DNA of 60,601 nucleotides from an uncultured Eggerthellaceae bacterium (GTDB lineage Bacteria; Actinomycetota; Coriobacteriia; Coriobacteriales; Eggerthellaceae): NCBI GenBank assembly GCA_910585565.1, contig CAJUFC010000156.1, positions 1 to 60,601 of the forward strand, read 5' to 3'. Shown piece by piece: positions 16,881 to 25,839 of this stretch (position 1 is its first letter; each line of letters starts with the position of its first letter). The notes under the pieces were generated by a model. It saw only the letters and a program-made list of their open reading frames with translations, ran no database searches and was not told where the DNA came from. The position numbers and the translations under genes were made by a program.

Positions 16881-19800
16881 CTACAACAGATATTCGTCCA
16901 GGTCATCGAATTCTTTATCAGCAAAGATGCCTAGCGAATCGTGGGAGTATGGACGAAAAGTTATACCATCAAGCCCATTTGTATATCTAAAACAATGATC
17001 TACCAGTTCTGATGCAACAGATGCATCTGGTCGTGGCATGAATTCACGAGCATCTTCTTGGGGTATTCGGAAGGCCAAGCGATGTCTAAACCAATCAAGC
17101 GAGACGCCCCATTTTTTTATCTCCTTAAGATTAGGGACAACCAGCATAAAATGATCGCCCCTCTTTGATCCTTGCTCCATTAACCGCAACAACTCTGAAC
17201 CGAGATCTGCGCTGTTGCTGTCCTCGCTGCCACTTTTGGCGGTCAATCCGAACAACGCATTGCATCGCTCCATCGCAGCAGAAGGATCTTCTCGCATGGT
17301 ATCTGCATCGGCATGAACAACAGACAGCTTTGCGCTTACTTCCAACGCCCCCTTCAAGAGCTTTGTCTGAAGATCATCTTCTCCGTCGTCGCGCTTAGGA
17401 ATGTTGATTATTGCCTCTTGGCGACTCAAGGCGGGGGCTTGAATTGAAGAATCACCCTGGAATAAAGACTCGGGGCACAACACGACAGTAAGGCTCCGTG
17501 TAGAATCAAATCCTCTAGCTCCTGTCGCCTCGGTTAAATATGATTCGATATTAGCCATCCCGCAGCACACGTGAACATTTGGTATACCGGCAAAGCCATG
17601 TTTTGGCATAAGGGGTGTCGCATGCGGAACAAGTATGTTGATACGTATGCTCTGCGCACTTGCCGAAGCAGCCATCGTTGCAACGGCAGACTGAAAAGCT
17701 TCTCCCTTTGCAATAGGGGCGCAAAATAGGATATTTTCTGCATAGCCATCGACCAATTCGATTGGCGTGCATTCCCGCATTCGAAGGGGCTGCCCAAAAC
17801 ACATGAATATGGACGAGGGATCGAATGAATCCGCCAGCAATTGATTTATCGATGCCTTGACGATGCTGCACGCAGACGCATAATCTGTCAATTCGTTACC
17901 GTCAAACACCTGCACCTTTTTATCGATGTAGGAGTTAAAGTCAGAAACGGAATATGCTTCAGCGGGCGTGTAGCATTCCATGATTGGCGAAAGAAGCCTA
18001 TACTGCTCTGCATTGTCGTTGAAGAACAGTACGTGCATCTTTTTCAAATGGTCCCCGCTGGAGGCACCTGGTATCTTAAGGAGAGCATAATGCGGTATCA
18101 GGCTTTCCATGACGCGACGGTCGTCATCAGTTACCGAGGGGAGATCGAGCGTATCTTTGATTTCAGCATAGTCTGTCTTCATGGCTATGCGCTGCTGTAT
18201 TTGTTTCTTCGAATAATCGCTCAGTCCGCGAGTACCCTGAGTGAACCCCTGACTGGCGAACACGAAACGAAATCCAAGAGCTGCGCCTTTAGCCAGAAGC
18301 ATCTGCAGCTTATCCTTGTAATCCTTTCCAGCCACTGCTGCATCCGCGACAATTTTCGACATAACCGAAAATTCATCGATGACTATGAGAAGTGCAGGCA
18401 TATAACGTTCTGCCGCTTGAGCGTCTGACAGCTTTACCCATCCATTCTTCTTGAAGATCGATTGCCTCTTCAGCATAATTTCCGTCAAACGGTCGAGAAG
18501 ATCGTAAACCAGCTCAGGAGACTCATCAAGAACGATATAGCGTATATGCGGAGGAGGGCATGCTGTATAGCGACTGAACTCTGTCATCTTGAAATCAACA
18601 AGCCATATCTCCACATCGTCTGGATGCTTTGAAAGGAAAACGCCCGTCAGGAATGTATGCAAAAGCGTTGATTTGCCGGATCTGGAAGCACCTCCTATGA
18701 AAGCAGCGAAGTTCTCATTTTCAAACGAGAGGCTTACTATTGAGCCATCAGATGAAAGACCCACGGGTATCTCTCGAATTGCCCTATTTCCCTTTATCGC
18801 ATTCTTGAAAGGCTTATCTCCGATTCGAGCAACGTAGGCATTATCTTCGTTGCTGCCATGCGTCATATAGTCGATAAGCGTGTTTATGGTATCGGTGGCG
18901 TCCTCGTGCCGTGGCATCCAATTGAACTCTATTCGTCCAAACGGGGAGCCCAGGATGAAAGCTTTACCGCCATCGTTCTCTATGCGCAAGCAGCGCCCTG
19001 CTGTTTCTTCAAAAAGTCCTGCTGGGGTTCCGGCTGCTTCGCATGGAGTCCCCTGAAGTATAGCGATTACCCCATAGCTCTCTGCCATGAGGACCAATTT
19101 TCTAATCAGCCTTAATGCCGATTCGTCATAAGCGTTCGGATAGTCTCTAAATACAAAAACATCAGAAACCCCCACCGTGGCACCGTTGTTTAACCTGCGC
19201 TCATCGAAGCGATTCATTGTCGAACTAAGATTTGAGAAAAACGTTCGCATTTCTTCGGGCGAACGCGGCACCTCATTAAAAAGAGGACTATCGCCACAAG
19301 CTAGTTCAGACATTATCCCAAGAGAAAGTGGACTGAACGTAATGGGATCCAAATACGCTGCGTTTTCTAATGTACCTTTGCTCCGTAGCGTATCAAAAAT
19401 GTTTAACAGAAAGACAGCGATGCTTCCTATAGAGGATTCATCAGCGGCTTTGTCGGCCTCTGCGTAAACTGCACCCCCGGTCTTCATATTTACGGTTATA
19501 GGAAGACTAATGGCATTATCGTTTTTAATGAATGCAGGAGCTGCAGGCGCAATGATTGATTCCTGGAACGCCATTTTTGCGCTTTCCGGTAGCGGAAGCC
19601 GAATGATGCCGGTACCCATCACGACATCCATGTCGGCACTTATGGATGTTTCGCAGTCAGCTAAAAAGGACGAAAACGCTGTCGTCCCTAGCAAACTGTT
19701 ATAGCGTTCTATCAAGCTGCATTTCTTGCCAAGGCGAGCGTTTTGGCTCCGTTCCTTCTGCGCTTCTACCTGCGCTTTGCGCTCATCTACCGAATGTAGA

Positions 19801-20180
19801 TGCTGCCTCAATTCTTTATTAAGCATATTAAGCTGCCCATGAGCTTCACGAAGCAGCTCCGCAGCCTTTTCATCGTTGTGCGAATGTGGATCAATCTGCA
19901 CTTGCAATGCTACCAATTTTGCTCTGTCGTATGGCAGCATCGTCTCGCACGACGCATTTGCATCTGCATGCACCGAAGCAACCTTAATGAAGGCATTGAC
20001 GACGTTAATAGCATCTTCAAGCGATACTCTCTTCAGTTCTTCTTGTTGGGAGAGAGCGCTTTCGTTGCCTGGATTGTCAACGTTCTTATCAATCTGCTCA
20101 TATTCAAGAACTATGGAATACAGTTCATTGTAAAAATCGTTTGCCCTTCTTATCAATTCGCTGTCTAGTGCAAGCTTCAT
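16881..20180 (-). CDS. FtsK/SpoIIIE-family (EssC/EccC-like) ATPase with no TM or FHA region
   Basis: Walker A GGASRSGKST (nt 18666-18695), Walker B LLIVIDEF, and the FtsK-type GFRFVFASQGFTQ motif. It is flanked by two similarly sized domains without P-loops and has an N-terminal coiled coil. Start set at MKLALDSE (20178-20180) behind AGGGAG. Confidence 0.85.
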   Translation of the reverse strand: MKLALDSELIRRANDFYNELYSIVLEYEQIDKNVDNPGNESALSQQEELKRVSLEDAINVVNAFIKVASVHADANASCETMLPYDRAKLVALQVQIDPHSHNDEKAAELLREAHGQLNMLNKELRQHLHSVDERKAQVEAQKERSQNARLGKKCSLIERYNSLLGTTAFSSFLADCETSISADMDVVMGTGIIRLPLPESAKMAFQESIIAPAAPAFIKNDNAISLPITVNMKTGGAVYAEADKAADESSIGSIAVFLLNIFDTLRSKGTLENAAYLDPITFSPLSLGIMSELACGDSPLFNEVPRSPEEMRTFFSNLSSTMNRFDERRLNNGATVGVSDVFVFRDYPNAYDESALRLIRKLVLMAESYGVIAILQGTPCEAAGTPAGLFEETAGRCLRIENDGGKAFILGSPFGRIEFNWMPRHEDATDTINTLIDYMTHGSNEDNAYVARIGDKPFKNAIKGNRAIREIPVGLSSDGSIVSLSFENENFAAFIGGASRSGKSTLLHTFLTGVFLSKHPDDVEIWLVDFKMTEFSRYTACPPPHIRYIVLDESPELVYDLLDRLTEIMLKRQSIFKKNGWVKLSDAQAAERYMPALLIVIDEFSVMSKIVADAAVAGKDYKDKLQMLLAKGAALGFRFVFASQGFTQGTRGLSDYSKKQIQQRIAMKTDYAEIKDTLDLPSVTDDDRRVMESLIPHYALLKIPGASSGDHLKKMHVLFFNDNAEQYRLLSPIMECYTPAEAYSVSDFNSYIDKKVQVFDGNELTDYASACSIVKASINQLLADSFDPSSIFMCFGQPLRMRECTPIELVDGYAENILFCAPIAKGEAFQSAVATMAASASAQSIRINILVPHATPLMPKHGFAGIPNVHVCCGMANIESYLTEATGARGFDSTRSLTVVLCPESLFQGDSSIQAPALSRQEAIINIPKRDDGEDDLQTKLLKGALEVSAKLSVVHADADTMREDPSAAMERCNALFGLTAKSGSEDSNSADLGSELLRLMEQGSKRGDHFMLVVPNLKEIKKWGVSLDWFRHRLAFRIPQEDAREFMPRPDASVASELVDHCFRYTNGLDGITFRPYSHDSLGIFADKEFDDLDEYLL

Positions 20181-20187
20181 ATTCTCC

Positions 20188-21195
20188 CTAAAAGCTACGC
20201 GGCGGAACATAATTTGCATTAATCGCTCGATATGTCATAGATGCGCTAACGTAATTAGCTCCATAATCAAAGTCGATCTCCATAGGAATCACTGCACCAC
20301 CAGAGATATCATCTGGATAAGACACGATTATTTCGGTATGAACATTTTGCGCTATAGCATTAGCAAGGGCGGACTGTTCGGAGAAATCCTTTAGGCAAGA
20401 TACGCGCTTTATCTTAAAATCATATTCGCCATAAGGCGTTTCCACCCTATTTTTAAAGACCTTGAAACTAAAAGGTACGTCGATGCTTTGCACATGTGGC
20501 CTTCTGTCGGCCGCCTCTATGCTTCGCTTAAAGCCATCGAGCAGAAGTTCGATGATTTCTTGCGCAACTGTGCTATTTGCATACCTGACACTGTCTTTTC
20601 GCAGCTTTTCTTCATACTTTTTTCTATGAGCGTTCTTTTCTTCACGTAGCCGTGAAATCTCTTGCTCGGTTTCTGCCTGAACTCTTTCAATGCGCTCGGC
20701 GGTTGATTTCGAGATATTGCTGAGCTCAGCTTCTTGCTTGCTTTTCTCCTTTGCGATTTGAGCGGAAAGACTTTTGTCTCGCAGGCCTCTTATAATCCCC
20801 ATCACGATCAGTGTGACCACGAATGCAACGCCCGGCGTGCCAAACCAAATCCACATGCCGAACTCAACATATTCACCCTCTCTTGTCAAAGTAATGCCAA
20901 GGCTTTCTGCAAATTGGCGCTCTGATTCATGATCCGGCATCAAGGCGCAGCTTCCGAAAAAGACGACAGCAAAGACCATTAAGGATGTAATAAACGCAAC
21001 TTTCAGATAAGAAGGCGTTTCATGCATTTGCGCTTCAAGATGTGAGATGGTTTCATCGTATTTCTTCGAGGTTTTCCAGGCTTTTTCGTTAGCGCTGTCT
21101 TTCTCTTCCGCAACTGTCGCTGATGCATGATTCTCTAACGCGGCTATTTTGTTGTCTATCTGTTCGTCGTATGAACGCGGATTGATATCACTCAT
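20188..21195 (-). CDS. Two-TM membrane protein with a cytoplasmic coiled coil and a C-terminal globular domain
   Basis: TM segments YLKVAFITSLMVFAVVFFGSCAL and MWIWFGTPGVAFVVTLIVMGII. Lys/Glu-rich coiled coil. No recognised family. Confidence 0.7.
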   Translation of the reverse strand: MSDINPRSYDEQIDNKIAALENHASATVAEEKDSANEKAWKTSKKYDETISHLEAQMHETPSYLKVAFITSLMVFAVVFFGSCALMPDHESERQFAESLGITLTREGEYVEFGMWIWFGTPGVAFVVTLIVMGIIRGLRDKSLSAQIAKEKSKQEAELSNISKSTAERIERVQAETEQEISRLREEKNAHRKKYEEKLRKDSVRYANSTVAQEIIELLLDGFKRSIEAADRRPHVQSIDVPFSFKVFKNRVETPYGEYDFKIKRVSCLKDFSEQSALANAIAQNVHTEIIVSYPDDISGGAVIPMEIDFDYGANYVSASMTYRAINANYVPPRSF

Positions 21196-21225
21196 ATCGG
21201 TTCGTCTTCTCGTTGCTGTTTTTAG

Positions 21226-21564
21226 CTAGACACAGGCTTTCGCTATTGGGTAAATACAACAAATCAGGCACGCAATAACGTAGCCACCAGACATTGATCC
21301 ACCGACAGCGACACCGCACATGAAGAAGAATTGCAGAAAGGCGCAAATAAGGCAGAGGACAACGTTTCCTCCAAAGCGGATCCCTAGTACGAACATCAAT
21401 ATTCCCGAAATCACTGCGCAGATCGGGCCGACTGCCGAACCGGCTAGCGAACATCCGATTGCTATTAATTCAAACAATCCTACCGCAACAAGCAATCCCA
21501 TCGGTTTGGCGTTGCCGAGTTTGTTTCCTACAAAGAATCCTGCAATTGCCGAAAAGATATTCAT
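21226..21564 (-). CDS. Small Cys-rich, Gly-rich 4-TM membrane protein
   Basis: 112 aa with 9 Cys, ending CLICCIYPIAKACV. AGGGGA RBS. Confidence 0.65.
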   Translation of the reverse strand: MNIFSAIAGFFVGNKLGNAKPMGLLVAVGLFELIAIGCSLAGSAVGPICAVISGILMFVLGIRFGGNVVLCLICAFLQFFFMCGVAVGGSMSGGYVIACLICCIYPIAKACV

Positions 21565-21572
21565 ATGTTCCC

Positions 21573-22019
21573 CTAGCCGATAATGCCAGTCATGGCTTCA
21601 TCTATCGCTTGGCAAACCGCTGCGTAATATGAATCCTCTTTTTGTGCAGCAGTCTTATCCGAAAAGAGCTTTCCCTGTGCAACTTTTTGATAATTCCTAG
21701 ACGTAGGTGTTCCCTGGGCGATAGTTACTTCGAGAATGGCCCCCGTTTTGTCAAATGCAGCAAAGACTGATGCATAATCGCTGAAGGATTGTGAAGTAAA
21801 GACGACGGCAGGACTGATTGTGCCCGACCCAAACAATCCCCCTCCGATTTTATACTCATCGGAGCGAGCGTTAACCGGCATCCCCATATCATCTTGCATG
21901 ATGGAAGAAACGGCATCCGATACTAGTTGCGCCGCTTCGTTTGGATCGATACCTTGAGCTCCTTTGTATCTGCGCACATCCAAAAGCATGGTTTCATTAA
22001 CAGGCCCCTTGATAGTCAT
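21573..22019 (-). CDS. Hypothetical soluble protein (148 aa)
   Basis: Starts MTIKGPVNETM behind GAAAGGA. The track ORF extends upstream through an unlikely leader. Confidence 0.55.
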   Translation of the reverse strand: MTIKGPVNETMLLDVRRYKGAQGIDPNEAAQLVSDAVSSIMQDDMGMPVNARSDEYKIGGGLFGSGTISPAVVFTSQSFSDYASVFAAFDKTGAILEVTIAQGTPTSRNYQKVAQGKLFSDKTAAQKEDSYYAAVCQAIDEAMTGIIG

Positions 22020-22175
22020 ATGCTTTTCCTTTCTTCTGGGTATGTGCGCAGCAGCGTCATAAACTGCTGCGCACGGCACTACTTCAGTACTTTCGGGCGA
22101 GAGGGGGAACAGGGCTTGGTATCGCAATAGCAACCAACGCACGCAGCTTTTCTCACATAAGATGTGCTGTATTTT

Positions 22176-23471
22176 TCATGCTTTATGCCCTTCTTCAAAA
22201 TCTTCATTTCCAGTCACCTCCTTCAAATACAGTTCGAGATATTTCATGCCGACATATGTGGGGGGATAGCAAAACCTGCGCTTCATCCGCTGTGATTCGA
22301 AGACGCAGCCTCCACCGCATATTGGCAACCAGACGCATTCCGAACACAACTTGTCTCGAAGAGGATTCCAGTCCATATATCTGAGCAATGCTGCGTAATT
22401 TACAATGCGCGTTTCGCTAGGTTCCTTGAGATTGAATATGATTGCGTCGTCATTGCCTATATCATTCCAGCACTTATAGACATTACATTGTTCATCGATG
22501 ACGTAACTATTCTCTGAACATGCTCCGCAGAAAACAAATCTGTTCTGGAAGATTTGATCCAAATCATCGTGGGTATAACCGGTGCGTAAAAAGATATCTA
22601 ACTCTTCTTGAGCAAATTCTTCGCACGTAAAGCACGAGAAAGAGTCCGGTAATGTTTCGTATTCCAGAAGATGACCCACATGAACGTTGACCCTGGGGTT
22701 TTCGGAAAAATAGTCAGCTATTGCATCATAATCTCGAATATTGATTTTATCTACGTTCATCCGAATGCTGACCTCAATGCCTGCTTCTGATAGGCGTGTA
22801 ATGTTAGCGAGCGTCTGTTCAAAAAACTTCATTCCGTTTTTTGCGGGTCTCCGCTTATCATGCAGATCTCCCCAGCCGTCAAGGGTTATCTGTGCATTCG
22901 TGATCTTGCATTTTGCAAACTCACTGATTATTTCCTCTGTTAGCAAGGAGCCGTTTGTGATGATGTGTGCGCAATAATCGACTTTTTCTCTAGCGCAGAT
23001 TTCTATAAACCGCTCGCTCCAGTTTCGTATTTGCGAAAAAGCGAGTAGCGGCTCTCCTCCATACCAGTTAATCTGTAGTTTTGTGAAGCGTCTCTCCCGT
23101 ATTTCATCTTCTATAAAAGCCGCTATTGCCCTATATCCCTCTTCATTAAGAAAACCATCACGGCTGCTTTCGTAGCAATAAGGACACTTGTAATTGCAAG
23201 ACAGTGTAGGTGCAATGGTCACGGATAAACTGGATGATGAAAACTGTGTCTTTTTGAACTGATATTCAAGATAGGCGCGTTCGTTTATGCAATCATCAAC
23301 AATAAACCCGTTATCTGATAGCATTTCAAGCAAATCCGTCGTTGCCGCATCAGGGTTCGAGATATTCTCATATTCTTCTTCTGCAAATTGGGCCATACTG
23401 CCACTAAGGGTATTGAATACAACGACTCCCTTATCTTCGCGTATAACAATGTTGTATCTCGACGATTTCAT
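22176..23471 (-). CDS. Radical SAM/SPASM-domain enzyme with an N-terminal RRE/PqqD-like domain (peptide/protein maturase type)
   Basis: CNYKCPYCYES (CxxxCxxC) and the C-terminal CSECVWLPICGGGC (Cx2Cx5Cx3C SPASM signature). The N-terminus YNIVIREDKGVVVFNTLSGSMAQF resembles a recognition element. Confidence 0.9.
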   Translation of the reverse strand: MKSSRYNIVIREDKGVVVFNTLSGSMAQFAEEEYENISNPDAATTDLLEMLSDNGFIVDDCINERAYLEYQFKKTQFSSSSLSVTIAPTLSCNYKCPYCYESSRDGFLNEEGYRAIAAFIEDEIRERRFTKLQINWYGGEPLLAFSQIRNWSERFIEICAREKVDYCAHIITNGSLLTEEIISEFAKCKITNAQITLDGWGDLHDKRRPAKNGMKFFEQTLANITRLSEAGIEVSIRMNVDKINIRDYDAIADYFSENPRVNVHVGHLLEYETLPDSFSCFTCEEFAQEELDIFLRTGYTHDDLDQIFQNRFVFCGACSENSYVIDEQCNVYKCWNDIGNDDAIIFNLKEPSETRIVNYAALLRYMDWNPLRDKLCSECVWLPICGGGCVFESQRMKRRFCYPPTYVGMKYLELYLKEVTGNEDFEEGHKA

Positions 23472-23497
23472 ACTTGGGACTATTCGATTTCGTAAAA

Positions 23498-23953
23498 CTA
23501 GTATTCCGTGATGGAGAGCTGGCGTCCGCTTGAATCAATATTTGCCTTGAGGTTTGGATGGGTCTCTTTTAGAGTGTCAACAATCACCTGCACATATTCA
23601 GCTTCATGGCCGATTGCTGATTCTGGTAACGAATAATATTGATATTTCAATTCGTTATGCTCGTCTTTCCCATCAATAAGAATCGCTTTTAATTCATTAG
23701 GAGCAACGATCCAATATTCGTCTTCAAAAGTATCTCCCATAGCTTTCAGAACCAGCCCCGTTTGGTACCTATATGTGGTGGCTCCATCCTGCGTTCCTGG
23801 TGTAAGCGAAATGTATAGAAAGCCACGAGAATTGAACTGTTGATCATGCTCAATCAACTGTAGAATCGTTGCCGTGATGCTTTCCGTTGTGGCATCTGGC
23901 AACGAAACAGATGAGCTCTGTTTCTTGAAGCCATCAAAGAACCCCATTTGCAT
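23498..23953 (-). CDS. Hypothetical protein (151 aa), first gene of the island operon
   Basis: Clean ORF, 26 nt upstream of the radical SAM gene. No recognised motif. Confidence 0.55.
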   Translation of the reverse strand: MQMGFFDGFKKQSSSVSLPDATTESITATILQLIEHDQQFNSRGFLYISLTPGTQDGATTYRYQTGLVLKAMGDTFEDEYWIVAPNELKAILIDGKDEHNELKYQYYSLPESAIGHEAEYVQVIVDTLKETHPNLKANIDSSGRQLSITEY

Positions 23954-23983
23954 CTCCAGTCTCGTTTAGCTTCCCTTGGCGAA

Positions 23984-24106
23984 AAAGGTAGACTTTAATA
24001 CGAAAGCAAGATGGAAACTTTGCAAAGGGCGTCAAGCAGGCAGAGTAGACATTTTGCAATGAGTTAGCAAGCGAAATTTCGGCGAATCAAAAAGGTCTAC
24101 CTTTTC
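23984..24106. promoter_or_regulatory. 11-bp inverted repeats (AAAAGGTAGAC / GTCTACCTTTT) bracketing ~100 bp: candidate invertible promoter or operator pair
   Basis: Repeats at 23984-23994 and 24096-24106, between the serine recombinase 3' end and the first island gene. The right copy also forms the palindrome AAAAGGT-CT-ACCTTTT. Confidence 0.3.
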
Positions 24107-24175
24107 ATGAAGCGAAAATGTCCCAACAAGTCGATTCATCCCGAGAACGGTACAAGAAAGCCAAGAAAAGGAGAG

Positions 24176-24781
24176 TTAGAGAACGGCTTCTTTATCTTGC
24201 TTTAGCCAGTTATCGAACGTCGAAGCGCTCACTTTAAGGCGTTGGGCCGCCTCTTTTCTCGTGATGTTGCCATCGAGGTAGGCTCGCTTTGTCTTCGAGT
24301 AGATTCCTGGCCGTTCGATACAGGGGCGCCCGAAACGAATCCCACGCGCTTTTGCGGCCGCTATGCCTTCGGCTTGGCGCTGATGAATGCTCTCACGTTC
24401 GACCTGCGCAACATATGAAAGAACCTGAAGGACCACATCCGTTAGGAAAACCCCTGTGATGCCAGCCACTTCGGTTCGCGTATCGAGAATTGGCATATCC
24501 AGCACGACGATATGCGCACCTTTCTGCTTTGTGATACGCCGCCATTCCTCTATGATCTCTTCGTAGTTCCTGCCCAACCTGTCGATGCTCTTCACGTACA
24601 CCACGTCTCCTGGCTTCAGCCTGCGCAATAGCCGCTTGTATGCCGGACGCTCGAAATCCTTGCCGCTTGCCTTGTCCGTATAGACGCTCTTCCCGACAAT
24701 TCCTTCCTTGTCGAATGCGTCTAGCTGTCGCGCTAGGTTTTGGTCCTGTGCGGACACTCGCGCATATCCGTACTCCGCCAT
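24176..24781 (-). CDS. Small serine recombinase (resolvase/invertase family)
   Basis: MAEYGYARVSAQDQNLARQLDAF... with the catalytic Ser motif, 201 aa, and a C-terminal HTH (ITRKEAAQRLKVSASTFDNWLK). Confidence 0.9.
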   Translation of the reverse strand: MAEYGYARVSAQDQNLARQLDAFDKEGIVGKSVYTDKASGKDFERPAYKRLLRRLKPGDVVYVKSIDRLGRNYEEIIEEWRRITKQKGAHIVVLDMPILDTRTEVAGITGVFLTDVVLQVLSYVAQVERESIHQRQAEGIAAAKARGIRFGRPCIERPGIYSKTKRAYLDGNITRKEAAQRLKVSASTFDNWLKQDKEAVL

Positions 24782-24955
24782 ATCTTCCTCCTAAAAATGC
24801 GGGATTTAGGAGGCAATTAAACCTGGCTGTCACAAGAGTCCGTAACGCTTAAGATGGTAGAGAAGTTGTGTGTTCCGATACTTTTGACCGCCGCTTTCAT
24901 CCAGTGTTCGGAGATATCAGAACATCACAAGCAGACATGTCCATAGCCTAAGACT

Positions 24956-25174
24956 ATGGACAATCTCGAAAACAGGATGAAACTCGGCAACAGGATAAAA
25001 GAACTGCGAAACGAACAAGGTCTTTCCCTGCGCCGTTTCGGAATGATGACTGGCCTGGGTCATACCTATCTCTGCGAACTGGAAAGCGACAAGCGGCAGG
25101 TCAGGTTCGACACCATCTGCAAGATCACGGACAACTTCGGCATCTCGCTGCACGACTTCTTCAACTGGGATTAG
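24956..25174 (+). CDS. XRE-family HTH regulator
   Basis: LGNRIKELRNEQGLSLRRFGMMTGLGHTYLCELESDKR. The palindrome GTCCATAG-N7-CTATGGAC overlaps its start codon. Confidence 0.85.
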   Translation: MDNLENRMKLGNRIKELRNEQGLSLRRFGMMTGLGHTYLCELESDKRQVRFDTICKITDNFGISLHDFFNWD

Positions 25175-25221
25175 TGGTCCGATTGGCGTGTAGCGTGATT
25201 CCGTTGTCTCGTCTCAGCTGA

Positions 25222-25770
25222 GTGGCCGCCATGCATTTATCCACGTATCGCACCGCCGAACTGCAGCTTCTAAGCGTCCGCGTCCGCCGACTGCGCCTCG
25301 GCCGAACCCTCACCCAGAAAGAACTGGGCAATAGGTGCAATCTCTCCTGTCGCTACATTTCAGACCTTGAATGCGGTCGCCGCGGGATACGGCTGGCGAA
25401 TCTCTACAGGCTGTCTTACGGGCTGGATATGACGCTGAGCGGCCTGCTCGACTTCGACTCTGCCGCAGACGGCGCGATGCTTCTCGGCGACAAGGCCTCC
25501 CGCCATCAGCACATTGCCTTAACGAGCGCCGCAAGCGTAGCACACAGAAGCGAGTGCAGATTGCGTCTCGGCAGAAAAATCGCCCTGTTACGACGGTCCC
25601 AGCTGCTGTCGCAGGATAATTTTTGTCTGATGCTGGGTCTAGGCCAGACGTACCTCGTCGACATCGAGAACGGCCGCATAAACATCGGCTTCAACAATCT
25701 CTGCAAGATAGCCAGAGGACTGGGTGTCACCGCGAGCGAGCTCACTGACGTAGACGATTTCGAGCGCTGA
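25222..25770 (+). CDS. Tandem double XRE-HTH regulator
   Basis: Two HTH_3-like modules (VRRLRLGRTLTQKELGNRCNLSCRYISDLECG and IALLRRSQLLSQDNFCLMLGLGQTYLVDIENG). The start is either GTG 25222 or ATG 25231. Confidence 0.8.
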   Translation: MAAMHLSTYRTAELQLLSVRVRRLRLGRTLTQKELGNRCNLSCRYISDLECGRRGIRLANLYRLSYGLDMTLSGLLDFDSAADGAMLLGDKASRHQHIALTSAASVAHRSECRLRLGRKIALLRRSQLLSQDNFCLMLGLGQTYLVDIENGRINIGFNNLCKIARGLGVTASELTDVDDFER

Positions 25771-25839
25771 TCGCACTATCCGCGCACAGGCGCCTATCGT
25801 CGGCTCCACGGCGCATCGGAATGGCTGCTTATCCTCTTC

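Larger units (their letters stand above)
14935..24150 (-). mobile_element. AT-rich genomic island inside the prophage cargo (T7SS-like/toxin module plus radical SAM module); borders approximate
   Basis: Abrupt visible drop in G+C at about 14.93 kb, with a return near the recombinase gene. Nine co-directional genes. A serine recombinase lies at one edge. Confidence 0.6.

Noticed and set aside
16881-20180. Reading the FtsK-like ATPase as a conjugative DNA translocase or coupling protein of an integrative element
   Set aside because: Kept only as an alternative. There is no relaxase, no TM anchor, no wHTH-like C-terminus and no other transfer genes. The immediately downstream WXG100/LXG-like trio fits a protein-export or effector context better.
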